From an uncultured virus (IMG/VR IMGVR_UViG_3300032322_002129) (lineage: Duplodnaviria > Heunggongvirae > Uroviricota > Caudoviricetes), in IMG/VR virus record IMGVR_UViG_3300032322_002129: a stretch of DNA of 64,000 nucleotides; one strand, written 5' to 3'. This document shows, one piece after another, positions 37,621 to 47,157 of this stretch. Numbering within the stretch: the stretch's first letter is position 1; each line of letters opens with the position of its first letter. The position numbers were made by a program, and so were the translations under genes. The notes below the pieces were generated by a model. It was not told the DNA's origin. It did no database searches and worked only from the letters and a program-made list of their open reading frames with translations.

Positions 37621-40600
37621 TTATCTTGAAACAATCTGAGGAGCAGGTAGACGAATCTTACCAATAGCATCTACTGTTGTTCCTGCACTATCGTATACTG
37701 CGGTGATAACTTCAGCTAGTTTACTCTCTAGCCGCGCACCAATAGTCTGTAGTGTTGCAGTAAGTACACGGTCATGCACTTCAGATAGTGCTTGCATTGA
37801 TGTTACCGCAGTAGGAGTTGCGTTTGATGGTGCTATTGCTGAAGGCTGGGGGGCTTGAATAATAACATTTGGTGTATCAATCTTCAATTCTGGTACTGTA
37901 TATTCTGTAGCAGCAGGAGCTGTCGGTGCTCCAGGTGCTAGTGCTGGTGGTACCGAATTAGTCGTAATTCCTACTGCTTTATTTGCTGCATCTTTACCAA
38001 GTAATTTATAAATATCATAGTAAAGATCTAATTGCTTTTGTAGCAGTTGATTTTCTTCACCAATAACTTTCTTTGATCGCTCAGCAGCAGTAATTTTTGC
38101 ATCGGCTTGATCCTTTGCAGCAGTAGCAATTTTCTGCGTTTGCTCTCCATACTGCTTTGCCTCTTCAGCAAGCTGATCGGTAAGCTCTGTTTGATTTTTA
38201 TCTCCACCCTCCATAAGTTGCTTCAGCTCTTCAGCTTGTGCATCTTCAAGCAGCTTTTTAATACCTTGTAGATATTCTAGCTTTGCTTGTTTTGTTGTTT
38301 CTGGAAGATCTTTATCTGTGCGCACATCAGCCATTTCTTTTTCAAGATCAATCATTTCTTGAAGTTGGCTTTGTCGAAGATCAAGGAACTCTTTTGAAAG
38401 TGCTGCTTTACCTTCTTGTGCAATACGCTGTGCTTCTAGGAAGATTTGCTCATATTGCGCGGAAAAGGTAGTAACATCAATACCCTCTACATCAGTAAGT
38501 GATTGATAGAATGATGCTCTACTACGTCGTTTATCACGTTCGTTGGCTTGTTCTGCTTCTTTCTGTTTCCGCGCAAACTCTTTCTGGATATCCAACACGT
38601 TCTGCTGGTATTCCTTCTCAGCATCCTCCATATCGCTGTAAAACTCTGTGCGAATATCAGAAAGCTCGTAAAGTAACTTTTCTAGTTCGGTTACTTGCTC
38701 TTCCTTTGTAGCAGTACTACCACCCCCACCACCAGTACCCGCACGCTCTCGTGCTAGCTGTTCTTCTAGTTGTTTAATTTGGCTAAGCGTTGACCAGTAT
38801 TCTTTGTTGCTTGTTGTCAATCCTTTAAGTTTTGCATTAAGTGCAGTAATTTTATCAGTAGTGGTTAGTAAGCTAAACTCATAATCAGCCTGTGCATCTG
38901 CTGCATCAGCTATTGCTTTTGCTTCCTCCTCTGCTAATTTTGCTGCTTCTTCTTTAGCTTTTATATGATCTTCCCAGATTTTTTTCTGATCTTCTAAATC
39001 TAAACCTAAATCAATATATTGTTGTACTAAATTACTTGCCTCTGATCCTGAAAAACCTTCTCCTTGGAGTATGTTTATTAAATCTGTTTCATTTTGCCAA
39101 GATTTAACTTGTTTAAGAGCTTCAATTAAAAGTAAAGCATCTCCTTTAGCAATATTAAATCTAGATGCCATAATTAGCGCTGCTTCTCCTGCTCCTAACA
39201 TACCAGATGCAGCAAGCTCTGCGTAAAAAGTTAAAAGTTGGTTGGCTTCTGACAATAACTGAGACTGTGCTGTTGCTGCTATCTCAGATTGTATAAGTGC
39301 ATTATTCTCATCAATAAAACTACGCACAACATCTTGAGCACTCTCCATTGTTTGCCTGGACAATTCAAGTGCTGCCTTTCGATCTATCTCTGCTTGTATA
39401 AGCCTACTAATTGCAACAATTGCATCATTAGTTAATACAGTACCATTTTCCATTGCTACTGTGTAGTTAATAATATTATTTTCAAGCTCTGGGTATAAAA
39501 CTATATTTTGCACTAACCAAGTTTGCAATTTAGCAAGCGTGTCTATTTCACCAGACTGAATATTTTGTAAGTTTCTTGTATTTTCACCAACTCTGTTAAT
39601 AAGATTTTCATATTGCTGTATGTATGTAATAACATCTTGTAATGAAGTACCAGTTTTATAAAGCTCTGATGCTAAATCAATTTGAGTTTTAGTAAATTGT
39701 TTAAGAGATACGCCGAGTACATTAGCCTTCATAATCAAGTTAATCATTTGCTCGTTGTAACTATCAAAACCACCACCAGATTTAATAACTCCCTCTAATA
39801 TAGCTGTATTTTGACTATCAATCTCTTTGCCTAATTCAACAAACTGTTTATTGACTTTATCTATAATATTAGCTACAATACTGAAAGCATTAGAAGTTTT
39901 TTCAGCTACATGTTCAAAGCGAAGGGATAAAAATTGTCCAGCATTATCATACGCGTTTCCAAAAGATCCAGCAAGCTTATCCCAAGTTGTAGCAGTAAGT
40001 TGAGTCCTTTCATTTAAAATACCCATACCGATACCCATATCAGTCAAAAGCTCTTCGAGACCTTGTAGCCTTTCTCCAGCAGTTGTTAACGTTTTAATAC
40101 CATTAAGTGTAGTTCTATCAATTTCAAAACGCCTTGAAAGTGAAGTTATATCCCCACTAAAGAATTCTTTTAATGCAACAGAAGCACCCTTCATTCCTTG
40201 TACTGGATCAATAATTGCTAACCTTCGAGCTGCATCAGCAAGTCTATCTACTGCAATTCCTGTTTGATTTGAAATATAAATAAATCCTGAAAGATCGTCA
40301 AGGTTCTCTCGTAAACTACCACCATACAACTTTTGTTGATTAGCAGCAGCATCCATAACCTCGTTAAATCTTTCTTGTGTTTTACTCAAAGCGCGAATGG
40401 TGCTTGTGATTTTTTCAAGCTCATTACCAGCAGTAATAACTGCTCCAACATTTGTAAATACTGCATTAAGTGCGTACGCTGCACCGACGTATGAGTTTAG
40501 ACCTTTTACTGCTGCAAATAGTGTACCATTTAATCTACGTGAATCGGAGTCTGTTTGTTTCTGATAGCGCGCAAGCTGTGCTTGTGCATTTGACCATTGA

Positions 40601-41304
40601 ACAGTTTTAGTAATAACATCACCAAACTCTTTTTCAAGAGTATTAAGAGATGTTTGTAAATCACGAATAGCTTGAATGTGATTCTTTGCTGCTGCCTGCG
40701 CTCGTGCATCGGCCTGAGCTTTTTGTAGTGTTGCTACAGCACCTTGTTGTATTTTCTGTCTTGCTCTTTCTTCCTCCTGCGCACGCTTATTTAAAGCAGC
40801 CGTGTTTTGTTTATTTAAATCATTAATTTTATTAAGTGTATTAATATATTGATTTGTAGTATTATCAAGATTATTAAACTCCACCATTAACTTGTCAAGA
40901 GCATCACTAAAACCTTCAGTACCAATTGCAAGTTTTACGTTTGCAGCTGCCAAGTCAATAGCAGCTTGACGAGAAGCTTGAAGCGTTGTTTGATACAATG
41001 CAGAGTATCTAGCTGCTGTAATTGTTTCACCAGCAAACTGAAGTGAGTTTTTTGTCAATATCCCCATCGCGCTATCTAATTGACCGACAGCACCACGCTG
41101 TTTTACGATAGCGCTAATATATGCAAGACTTGCAGCTTTTGCACGCTCATCTGCTGCCTCTTGTTTTGTCAAACTCTGAGTAAGTGTTTGAGCCCCTTGA
41201 GCAGCCTGCTGCATAGCCTGTGATGCCTCACGCATCACTTGACCAAGTCCAACATCTTTACCAGAAATAGTTACCTGAACTGTTCCTAAATCGGCTGTTG
41301 TCAT
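37621..41304 (-). CDS. Tape measure protein
   Basis: 1227-aa Ala/Gln-rich helical protein after the tail chaperones. Confidence 0.9.
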   Translation of the reverse strand: MTTADLGTVQVTISGKDVGLGQVMREASQAMQQAAQGAQTLTQSLTKQEAADERAKAASLAYISAIVKQRGAVGQLDSAMGILTKNSLQFAGETITAARYSALYQTTLQASRQAAIDLAAANVKLAIGTEGFSDALDKLMVEFNNLDNTTNQYINTLNKINDLNKQNTAALNKRAQEEERARQKIQQGAVATLQKAQADARAQAAAKNHIQAIRDLQTSLNTLEKEFGDVITKTVQWSNAQAQLARYQKQTDSDSRRLNGTLFAAVKGLNSYVGAAYALNAVFTNVGAVITAGNELEKITSTIRALSKTQERFNEVMDAAANQQKLYGGSLRENLDDLSGFIYISNQTGIAVDRLADAARRLAIIDPVQGMKGASVALKEFFSGDITSLSRRFEIDRTTLNGIKTLTTAGERLQGLEELLTDMGIGMGILNERTQLTATTWDKLAGSFGNAYDNAGQFLSLRFEHVAEKTSNAFSIVANIIDKVNKQFVELGKEIDSQNTAILEGVIKSGGGFDSYNEQMINLIMKANVLGVSLKQFTKTQIDLASELYKTGTSLQDVITYIQQYENLINRVGENTRNLQNIQSGEIDTLAKLQTWLVQNIVLYPELENNIINYTVAMENGTVLTNDAIVAISRLIQAEIDRKAALELSRQTMESAQDVVRSFIDENNALIQSEIAATAQSQLLSEANQLLTFYAELAASGMLGAGEAALIMASRFNIAKGDALLLIEALKQVKSWQNETDLINILQGEGFSGSEASNLVQQYIDLGLDLEDQKKIWEDHIKAKEEAAKLAEEEAKAIADAADAQADYEFSLLTTTDKITALNAKLKGLTTSNKEYWSTLSQIKQLEEQLARERAGTGGGGGSTATKEEQVTELEKLLYELSDIRTEFYSDMEDAEKEYQQNVLDIQKEFARKQKEAEQANERDKRRSRASFYQSLTDVEGIDVTTFSAQYEQIFLEAQRIAQEGKAALSKEFLDLRQSQLQEMIDLEKEMADVRTDKDLPETTKQAKLEYLQGIKKLLEDAQAEELKQLMEGGDKNQTELTDQLAEEAKQYGEQTQKIATAAKDQADAKITAAERSKKVIGEENQLLQKQLDLYYDIYKLLGKDAANKAVGITTNSVPPALAPGAPTAPAATEYTVPELKIDTPNVIIQAPQPSAIAPSNATPTAVTSMQALSEVHDRVLTATLQTIGARLESKLAEVITAVYDSAGTTVDAIGKIRLPAPQIVSR

Positions 41305-41313
41305 GAGTACACC

Positions 41314-41784
41314 TTATTGTTTTTGTTGTTGTTTAAGTAATTCGAGGATCTTTGCCTCGTTTTCTACCTGCCGCGCACGCTGATGTTCTTTTTTTGCATT
41401 TATCCTGCTTTCGATAACAAGCCTCCTTGCCACCAATTCACGTGCTAACATACCAGTTGTCATATAACCAAACTGAGAAAGGGATTTTTCACCAGTTTCA
41501 ATTTGCTGTGAATAAAGAATAAGAAGAATAGAAAGCATTTCTGTAGTAAAAAACTTTCTATTTTCTCTCTGTATTGTAGTGTTTTTAAATTGTGTGGGCG
41601 GGGGTGTATTTCTTTTTTCGCGCACAGTAATAAACCCTCTGCACATCATAGAAGGAATAGCAGGAATAACAGGTAAAGTTGGAGCGTTTAATCTCCAACT
41701 CTTCCGCTGTTTAGTTACCTGGTTAAATACTGTCGAAAGGTTATTACTTCTTTCGTTTTTCTTCAAGTTCTTTTTCCACATCAC
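41314..41784 (-). CDS. Pre-tape-measure ORF (possible frameshift extension of tail chaperone; start uncertain)
   Basis: Overlaps the chaperone 3' end in the +1 frame. Confidence 0.5.
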   Translation of the reverse strand: MMWKKNLKKNERSNNLSTVFNQVTKQRKSWRLNAPTLPVIPAIPSMMCRGFITVREKRNTPPPTQFKNTTIQRENRKFFTTEMLSILLILYSQQIETGEKSLSQFGYMTTGMLARELVARRLVIESRINAKKEHQRARQVENEAKILELLKQQQKQ

Positions 41785-42160
41785 TTAGTTCCTTTAGCTT
41801 TGCAATATAGTCATCAAATACCTGCTTTGGAATACGCCCAATATTCCAGATCTCATCAGCAAGTGTAGAAATAACTTGTCCGTTCTTACTAAGTAATTGT
41901 TTTGCTTGTGCGTATGTTACCGCTGGTCGCACAATACCGTGTACCAATGTCCAAAGCACCCATTCTAAATGATTAAGATTTCCATCCTTATCAGTGCTTT
42001 TTTGATTAACTTCTTCTTGCTTTTCAAATGAGAGTGCGCGAATACGAAACTTTTTCTTTAACCCAGTAACGTGAACATCTGTTTCTACGAGATCACTTTC
42101 AACAAGATATTCTTCAATTGCATCGTAATAATCAACTGATGTGTTATGATGTTGCAGCAT
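41744..42160 (-). CDS. Tail assembly chaperone
   Basis: Between major tail and TMP; FRIRALS, GIV.P, L...I..I. Confidence 0.75.
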   Translation of the reverse strand: MLQHHNTSVDYYDAIEEYLVESDLVETDVHVTGLKKKFRIRALSFEKQEEVNQKSTDKDGNLNHLEWVLWTLVHGIVRPAVTYAQAKQLLSKNGQVISTLADEIWNIGRIPKQVFDDYIAKLKELSDVEKELEEKRKK

Positions 42161-42174
42161 ATATTCTCCATAAT

Positions 42175-42211
42175 AAAAAAAAATGCCCTACGGTATATTG
42201 TAGGGCATTTT
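42175..42211 (-). terminator. Intrinsic terminator after the major tail gene
   Basis: AAATGCCCTAC...GTAGGGCATTT plus T run. Confidence 0.8.
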
Positions 42212-42225
42212 CTCCTTATAACTAA

Positions 42226-42630
42226 TTACACAACAGTAAACGAGCCGTTAGACATAAAGTCAGCACTAAAACTTGCAGTCTCACCAGCATCCTGCCCAAG
42301 GGTGAATGATGTAATAAGCCCGCTAGGAACAGTGATGGTATAACCACCAGTAGTAGTTAGTACTAGCTTAACGTAAGTAGAATTAAGCCCACCGCTTACA
42401 AGGATTGTCTGCCCTGCATTTTTGCTTGATGGAACAACTCCATCAAACGATCCATTCAATGATGTAGATGTGTTATACGTATACATCTGACCATTATCAT
42501 TGATGAATGGGCCAATTGTCTGATTATCACTTTCTATACTTACTTCCCAAGAAGTAATCCACCCAACAGGTGTATCCGCTGCACCGGCAGTAATTGTACC
42601 AGCAAAGCCGCGAATAGGAGTACCACTCAT
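42226..42630 (-). CDS. Major tail tube protein
   Basis: G..GTI, I.SWEV.IE, SF.ADF..NG; synteny and terminator. Confidence 0.8.
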   Translation of the reverse strand: MSGTPIRGFAGTITAGAADTPVGWITSWEVSIESDNQTIGPFINDNGQMYTYNTSTSLNGSFDGVVPSSKNAGQTILVSGGLNSTYVKLVLTTTGGYTITVPSGLITSFTLGQDAGETASFSADFMSNGSFTVV

Positions 42631-42651
42631 AGTAAAACCTCACTATACTTG

Positions 42652-43065
42652 TTAGTTATATATTTCAACATCTGCTAATACTGCTGCGGTATAGTATGTT
42701 TGTGCAGATGATCGTTCAATTGGGAATTGTTGTGGGGTGCGTAGGGTGATTTGTACTGAATACCCCCCACTAATAGTTGTTAATCCTTGAAGTGCTTGCA
42801 CTGCGGAAAGCAGTTTATTCATTGCTCCACTTTGTGTCGTATCAATACTGCGAAATGCCATAAATCCTGTCCAACCATTTTGATCAAGAAAATCTGTTCG
42901 TTGTCCAAAAATATCTTGCTGTTGGTAAATCAGTAATGGAAAAGTTGCAGTAGGCGGAGCAGTGACAGAATATACACGACCACTGTATACAGGGCCTAAT
43001 GTTTGTGCTAATCCTTGTTGCAGTGCAGACATGATTTTTGCTTGGAATGAGTGATCGTATGGCAT
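42652..43065 (-). CDS. Tail terminator / completion protein
   Basis: GRVY...AP..A.FPL.IYQ motif (DUF3168-like). Confidence 0.75.
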   Translation of the reverse strand: MPYDHSFQAKIMSALQQGLAQTLGPVYSGRVYSVTAPPTATFPLLIYQQQDIFGQRTDFLDQNGWTGFMAFRSIDTTQSGAMNKLLSAVQALQGLTTISGGYSVQITLRTPQQFPIERSSAQTYYTAAVLADVEIYN

Positions 43066-43068
43066 TGT

Positions 43069-43563
43069 TTATTTTTTCTTTTTACCTTTTCCGCGCATCC
43101 TACTTTGTATTGTTTTTTCTACAATGCGAACAACAGGAACTTTACGTGCTGCTGGATAGAGATATGGTTGCGCTGGATGATTAACCGTACCAAACTCCTG
43201 GAAAACTGCGCGGGCATCAGGTAAATGTCTTCCAAACATAATCATAAGCCCACCAGCAACAGGACGAATATGCCCGCTTTCTTGTAAAGCACCAGTATCT
43301 ACTGGAACGTTTTCTACTGCCTGATCAAGTATTTTACCAGCTGCTATAGAGATACCTTCAGCCATTGCGGCTATTGCTTCATCATAAAATGCAGCAAATG
43401 CACTAAGATTTTCTTCGATCTTAATTGTTCTCGTAGAATTAGGCCAGGCTTTTCTACCTTTATGAGGAAATAAATGAAGCCTACGGTAATTAAGAATACC
43501 ACCCTCAGCTTTAAGCATTGCTTCAGGTATTCCAGTAGGTACTTTTCTGCGTCTGCGTGCCAT
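43069..43563 (-). CDS. HK97 gp10-like tail completion protein
   Basis: PVDTGAL..S, FQEFGT...AQPYL.PA. Confidence 0.85.
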   Translation of the reverse strand: MARRRRKVPTGIPEAMLKAEGGILNYRRLHLFPHKGRKAWPNSTRTIKIEENLSAFAAFYDEAIAAMAEGISIAAGKILDQAVENVPVDTGALQESGHIRPVAGGLMIMFGRHLPDARAVFQEFGTVNHPAQPYLYPAARKVPVVRIVEKTIQSRMRGKGKKKK

Positions 43564-43565
43564 GA

Positions 43566-43967
43566 CTACACTATCTCCTCAGCACCAATAATAAACGCAC
43601 CCATTAAATCATGTTGTGTTGGTACAAACACCACATCAAGAACATATGTTTTTACACTATCAGTATACTCTAATCGATCTCCAACTTTTATACCAGTACC
43701 ATAGGGAAGTTGAATACGATACGTTGAGTCAAAGTAGCTGTACTTTGGTTGACGATACTGAGATGATGTAGTAACACGAGATTCACCAGATCGTACAATG
43801 ACGCGACATCGTACAGTAACTGGTGAGGCATACTGTGTAACACTCTCACCATCGATAACGACATCAGGTAATCTGCGTTTGAGTGTTATTGTATCCGCGC
43901 AAAAAACATCAGCAGCAGTACGTATCTGTTGTACTTGTGAGAGTAGTTGTGCTTCAGTAAATGCCAC
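43566..43967 (-). CDS. Head-closure (stopper) protein
   Basis: I.LP.GT.IKVGDR; synteny. Confidence 0.7.
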   Translation of the reverse strand: MAFTEAQLLSQVQQIRTAADVFCADTITLKRRLPDVVIDGESVTQYASPVTVRCRVIVRSGESRVTTSSQYRQPKYSYFDSTYRIQLPYGTGIKVGDRLEYTDSVKTYVLDVVFVPTQHDLMGAFIIGAEEIV

Positions 43968-43990
43968 AGGTTGTGTCCTTATTTATTTGT

Positions 43991-44545
43991 TTATTTGTTT
44001 AACGTAAGAAGATGTTCTTCTGCTGCTTTGATGTATGATGCGCTTTTATCTAGCCGCGCAAGCACTGCAATAAGCCTTCCAACAGTTACTGGGCTGCTAA
44101 TACCATACAACTGCTTTTTGTATGCAGTAATTGGAGAAAAGTTTGCAATTGCTTCAAGATTAGCATCAGACATACTGTTGGTAGTATCTACTCCTGATGC
44201 TTCACCATCATACAAACGAATCAGTCCACGTTCAATAAGTGTTTTATTAAACCTTCGGAATAATCGAACTTCATTATCGCTGTACAATTCCAATACTTCA
44301 TCTTCATAGACCAGTGTAACTTTACTACTACTGTCTGGAAAATCTTTCTTATTTAATTTTGTAAAATCAAAGTTTGTTGGATTGGTGCGAAGAACAAAAT
44401 CGATTGATTCCGAAGGCTTATATGGATTAAGACGTTTTCCACTTACCATATGAGAAACCGTCTTAATCCATCGTTCAACTACTTGTTGATCAAACTCAAT
44501 AAATTGATGATTTTTTGACATACCTATTCCTTGTAGCAAACACAT
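43991..44545 (-). CDS. Hypothetical head-region protein (likely start MSKN at 44521)
   Basis: Directly after the capsid gene; AAGGA RBS. Confidence 0.65.
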   Translation of the reverse strand: MCLLQGIGMSKNHQFIEFDQQVVERWIKTVSHMVSGKRLNPYKPSESIDFVLRTNPTNFDFTKLNKKDFPDSSSKVTLVYEDEVLELYSDNEVRLFRRFNKTLIERGLIRLYDGEASGVDTTNSMSDANLEAIANFSPITAYKKQLYGISSPVTVGRLIAVLARLDKSASYIKAAEEHLLTLNK

Positions 44546-44592
44546 GTTTGCCTCTATCGTATAGTTTCTAAAACTATACTATCAATACACTG

Positions 44593-45336
44593 TTAGTGCG
44601 TGAGCTTTAGCACACCAATGCCTTCGGGATCATCAACCATCATACCGTATGCCTGCCAGCAATGCAGCACATAGTTAGGTGGCTGAGTAGAAGGATCGGT
44701 GTAATCCTGAAACTCTGTTGCCCCATAGAGAGCAATGATACCAGGATTATCAGCAATAATCAGCACCTTGTCATCAGGGATAAGACGATCAGCGCGAAGA
44801 TTACCGCTGTACGCATTTGCAGGTAGCAGGTTACGTGTTACCTGTGGTAGTTCGATAACGGGAATACCCGTGTAGCGAGTAACCTTGCGGGTGTTGGTAA
44901 ACTCGTTAAATGCAGCTTCAATAGGAAATGCTACAGCATCCGTGTTGCTACCAGCTAGCTCAAACTCACGAAACTGACCAAAGGTGTACATTGGTCGAAG
45001 AGCCTTGCGCGTACCCATAATAGCACGAACGTTCTGACCATTATCCAGCATTGACTCGATCATCGTATCAAGAGGAGTCTGGGTAAGAGGGCCAGCAAGG
45101 TCTTCATAGTTGTTGGGAGTATCGCTTTCGTTCCAGGTCGTGGTAAGTAGGTTAAACACTTTGCTTACCAGATTGTCGAAAATATCAGCGCGAAGATCAT
45201 TGCGCATCTGAGCAACACTGCCAACTTCGCCAGAGTTAACTTCCCAGAGTGAGTGAGAAGTACCGGCGATAAGACGATCAAACACAAACGTGTACTTATC
45301 TACGAATGATGTTTGATCAGTAAGATGCTTTGAACC
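44593..45336 (-). CDS. Major capsid protein, exon 2 (GSKHLTDQ...)
   Basis: In-frame join to exon 1 after intron removal gives ~327 aa; HK97-like C-terminus (YTGIPVIEL, YGMMVDDPEGI). Confidence 0.85.
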   Translation of the reverse strand, partial: GSKHLTDQTSFVDKYTFVFDRLIAGTSHSLWEVNSGEVGSVAQMRNDLRADIFDNLVSKVFNLLTTTWNESDTPNNYEDLAGPLTQTPLDTMIESMLDNGQNVRAIMGTRKALRPMYTFGQFREFELAGSNTDAVAFPIEAAFNEFTNTRKVTRYTGIPVIELPQVTRNLLPANAYSGNLRADRLIPDDKVLIIADNPGIIALYGATEFQDYTDPSTQPPNYVLHCWQAYGMMVDDPEGIGVLKLTH

Positions 45337-46353
45337 CAAAAGTGTTATGAATATATCGTTAAATATATTCCTTCCTATCACTAGGAAGATCAGACTATAT
45401 CATCATCTCTTCGTATAGAAGAGAGCCTAACACGCGGTATGGTTATCTCTTGTGTTTACAGCTTCCCGCGCAGCGGTTTCGCGGAGAGCTTTTCGTTCCT
45501 TTAACCGACTGTACACGATAGTTTTATCAACTTTATACGTAAAACTTGGTTGTACAAATGGGGTGACAATATCAAGCATGCGATCAACATCTTTTGTTGA
45601 CAATTGCAGATAGTATAACAATGAACCAACTTTTGAACGATACTGCTTGACGTTCCAGTCTAAATTAAACTTCTCTTTTAATGCACTGCGTAGTAACATT
45701 TGTTCTGCATAGCAGAATGATTCAGTTGAAAGTGCAATTTCATGACGAAAGGTATTTTTTCGGAATGATCCACTATGCCATCCATCTTGTACAAACCAGA
45801 TAGCAAGAAACTCTGCATCTAGTAATGTAAGATGATGTGGATCAATAACTTTACGTCCGATAGGATACATTCTTTCACGAAAGTTTGTGTAGAATGGATG
45901 ATGTCGTGATCGTATGCGTATAGTTGGTTTGATTGTTTTTGTTGCTGTTTTTACACCAGCCCGCACATCGTAACGAATACTGGTGATGTGTGATAAGCGA
46001 TCTGCAATATAATCTAAATGATCAAGATGCTCTGATGTTTGTCCAAGTTCAAATCCGCTGTTTTCCTTATTCTTGCACGCAGTAACGTGCGCGTCTCCAA
46101 ATAAACAAGCAGCTACAATCTTTGTAAGTTCTTTTCTATTTGGTGTAATGACAAGTGGTGCTTGAGTAACCACCTTCCTTGGTAGATTGACAGTAAGAAC
46201 CTCTGTTTCTACTTCTTGTTCTAAACATACCATAGTCGTTGCTCTTCTCCATCAGGAGTAAGATCAGGATTGTCAACAATTAATATTGATGTTCCCTGAG
46301 TTCTGTTAGGTGAAACATACAGCATCACTACTGTACGGCCCAGTTCAGCAGCT
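45337..46353 (-). mobile_element. Group I intron (1017 nt) in the major capsid gene
   Basis: Exon ends in U with P1 U.G pair; P2 and P9 with GUGA loops; P4 UCAGGG/UCCUGA; P7 GACUA/UAGUC; P3 CCUAAC/GUUAGG; P8; terminal G; P10 UGAACU/GGUUCA. Confidence 0.92.
45427..46233 (-). CDS. Intron-encoded LAGLIDADG homing endonuclease (start uncertain)
   Basis: ACLFGDAH and LAIWFVQDG motifs, GRKVI, L.TE.F. Confidence 0.88.
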   Translation of the reverse strand: MVCLEQEVETEVLTVNLPRKVVTQAPLVITPNRKELTKIVAACLFGDAHVTACKNKENSGFELGQTSEHLDHLDYIADRLSHITSIRYDVRAGVKTATKTIKPTIRIRSRHHPFYTNFRERMYPIGRKVIDPHHLTLLDAEFLAIWFVQDGWHSGSFRKNTFRHEIALSTESFCYAEQMLLRSALKEKFNLDWNVKQYRSKVGSLLYYLQLSTKDVDRMLDIVTPFVQPSFTYKVDKTIVYSRLKERKALRETAAREAVNTRDNHTAC

Positions 46354-46593
46354 AGGCACCATCGTGCGAACAGGATACATACCACGTCGTACCCGGCGAG
46401 CAATTTCATCACCAGGGGCAATAGTCATGGTGGGCATGAAAGAGCTAAACAGATCAAGCGTAAGCTTGTTTGGCTGAATAACATCCATCATCACTTCTGC
46501 ATAGCTACTGCGACGGTTAGGGGCATTACCAGCACCGCGTGCATGTTCCGCAAGTGCCTTGACATATTTCTCTTCTAGCATTGACTTCTCCAT
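46354..46593 (-). CDS. Major capsid protein, exon 1 (...RTMVP)
   Basis: 80 codons ending at the 5' splice site. Confidence 0.85.
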
Positions 46594-46599
46594 AATAGA

Positions 46600-47139
46600 T
46601 TACTGGCTAAGGGTGAACACAAGCACGCCGAGGGAACTATTGTACTCTTCGGTATATCCGACAGCTTCAGACTCGGTAGCAGTGTATTCCCACTTACCAC
46701 TTGCACCAACCTTAATCTTGTTACCAGGAACACGAATGTTTGAGCTATCAGTAAATGCACCGGAAGGTACGGCGTAGGTACCCCCACGCTGCGCGGTAGC
46801 AAGAACACCAGAGGGAAGCGTGGGGTTCCATAGCGTGCTCATACCAACAAGATACTGATTGCCAAGGTTGCGAATAGGATCAGCGTACCCACTGTTACGA
46901 TCCATCACCACACTGGGATTAGCAGTGTAGAAGGCTTCACGAGTAGGGCGTGAAAAATCATCTGGCGCGGCGATAAGAATAAACACGTTCACCGTTTCAC
47001 CAGCAGTTGCAAGCGTAGCAGTAGGAAGATCAGGCTTGAGTGCATTTGCTGCACCAAGTTTCACTGCAAGACCTTCCTGAAATGCACCACCTAGACGTAC
47101 ACCACGTGAAACGTCAGAAAGACGACTAACATAAGCCAT
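46600..47139 (-). CDS. Head decoration / capsid-associated protein
   Basis: Between scaffold and capsid genes, Gly/Ala-rich beta protein, AGGAG RBS. Confidence 0.6.
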   Translation of the reverse strand: MAYVSRLSDVSRGVRLGGAFQEGLAVKLGAANALKPDLPTATLATAGETVNVFILIAAPDDFSRPTREAFYTANPSVVMDRNSGYADPIRNLGNQYLVGMSTLWNPTLPSGVLATAQRGGTYAVPSGAFTDSSNIRVPGNKIKVGASGKWEYTATESEAVGYTEEYNSSLGVLVFTLSQ

Positions 47140-47157
47140 GGATAATCTCCTACAATG

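Noticed and set aside
45337..45381. Independent start of ORF 44593-45381
   Set aside because: These codons are intron P9 sequence; the ORF is capsid exon 2
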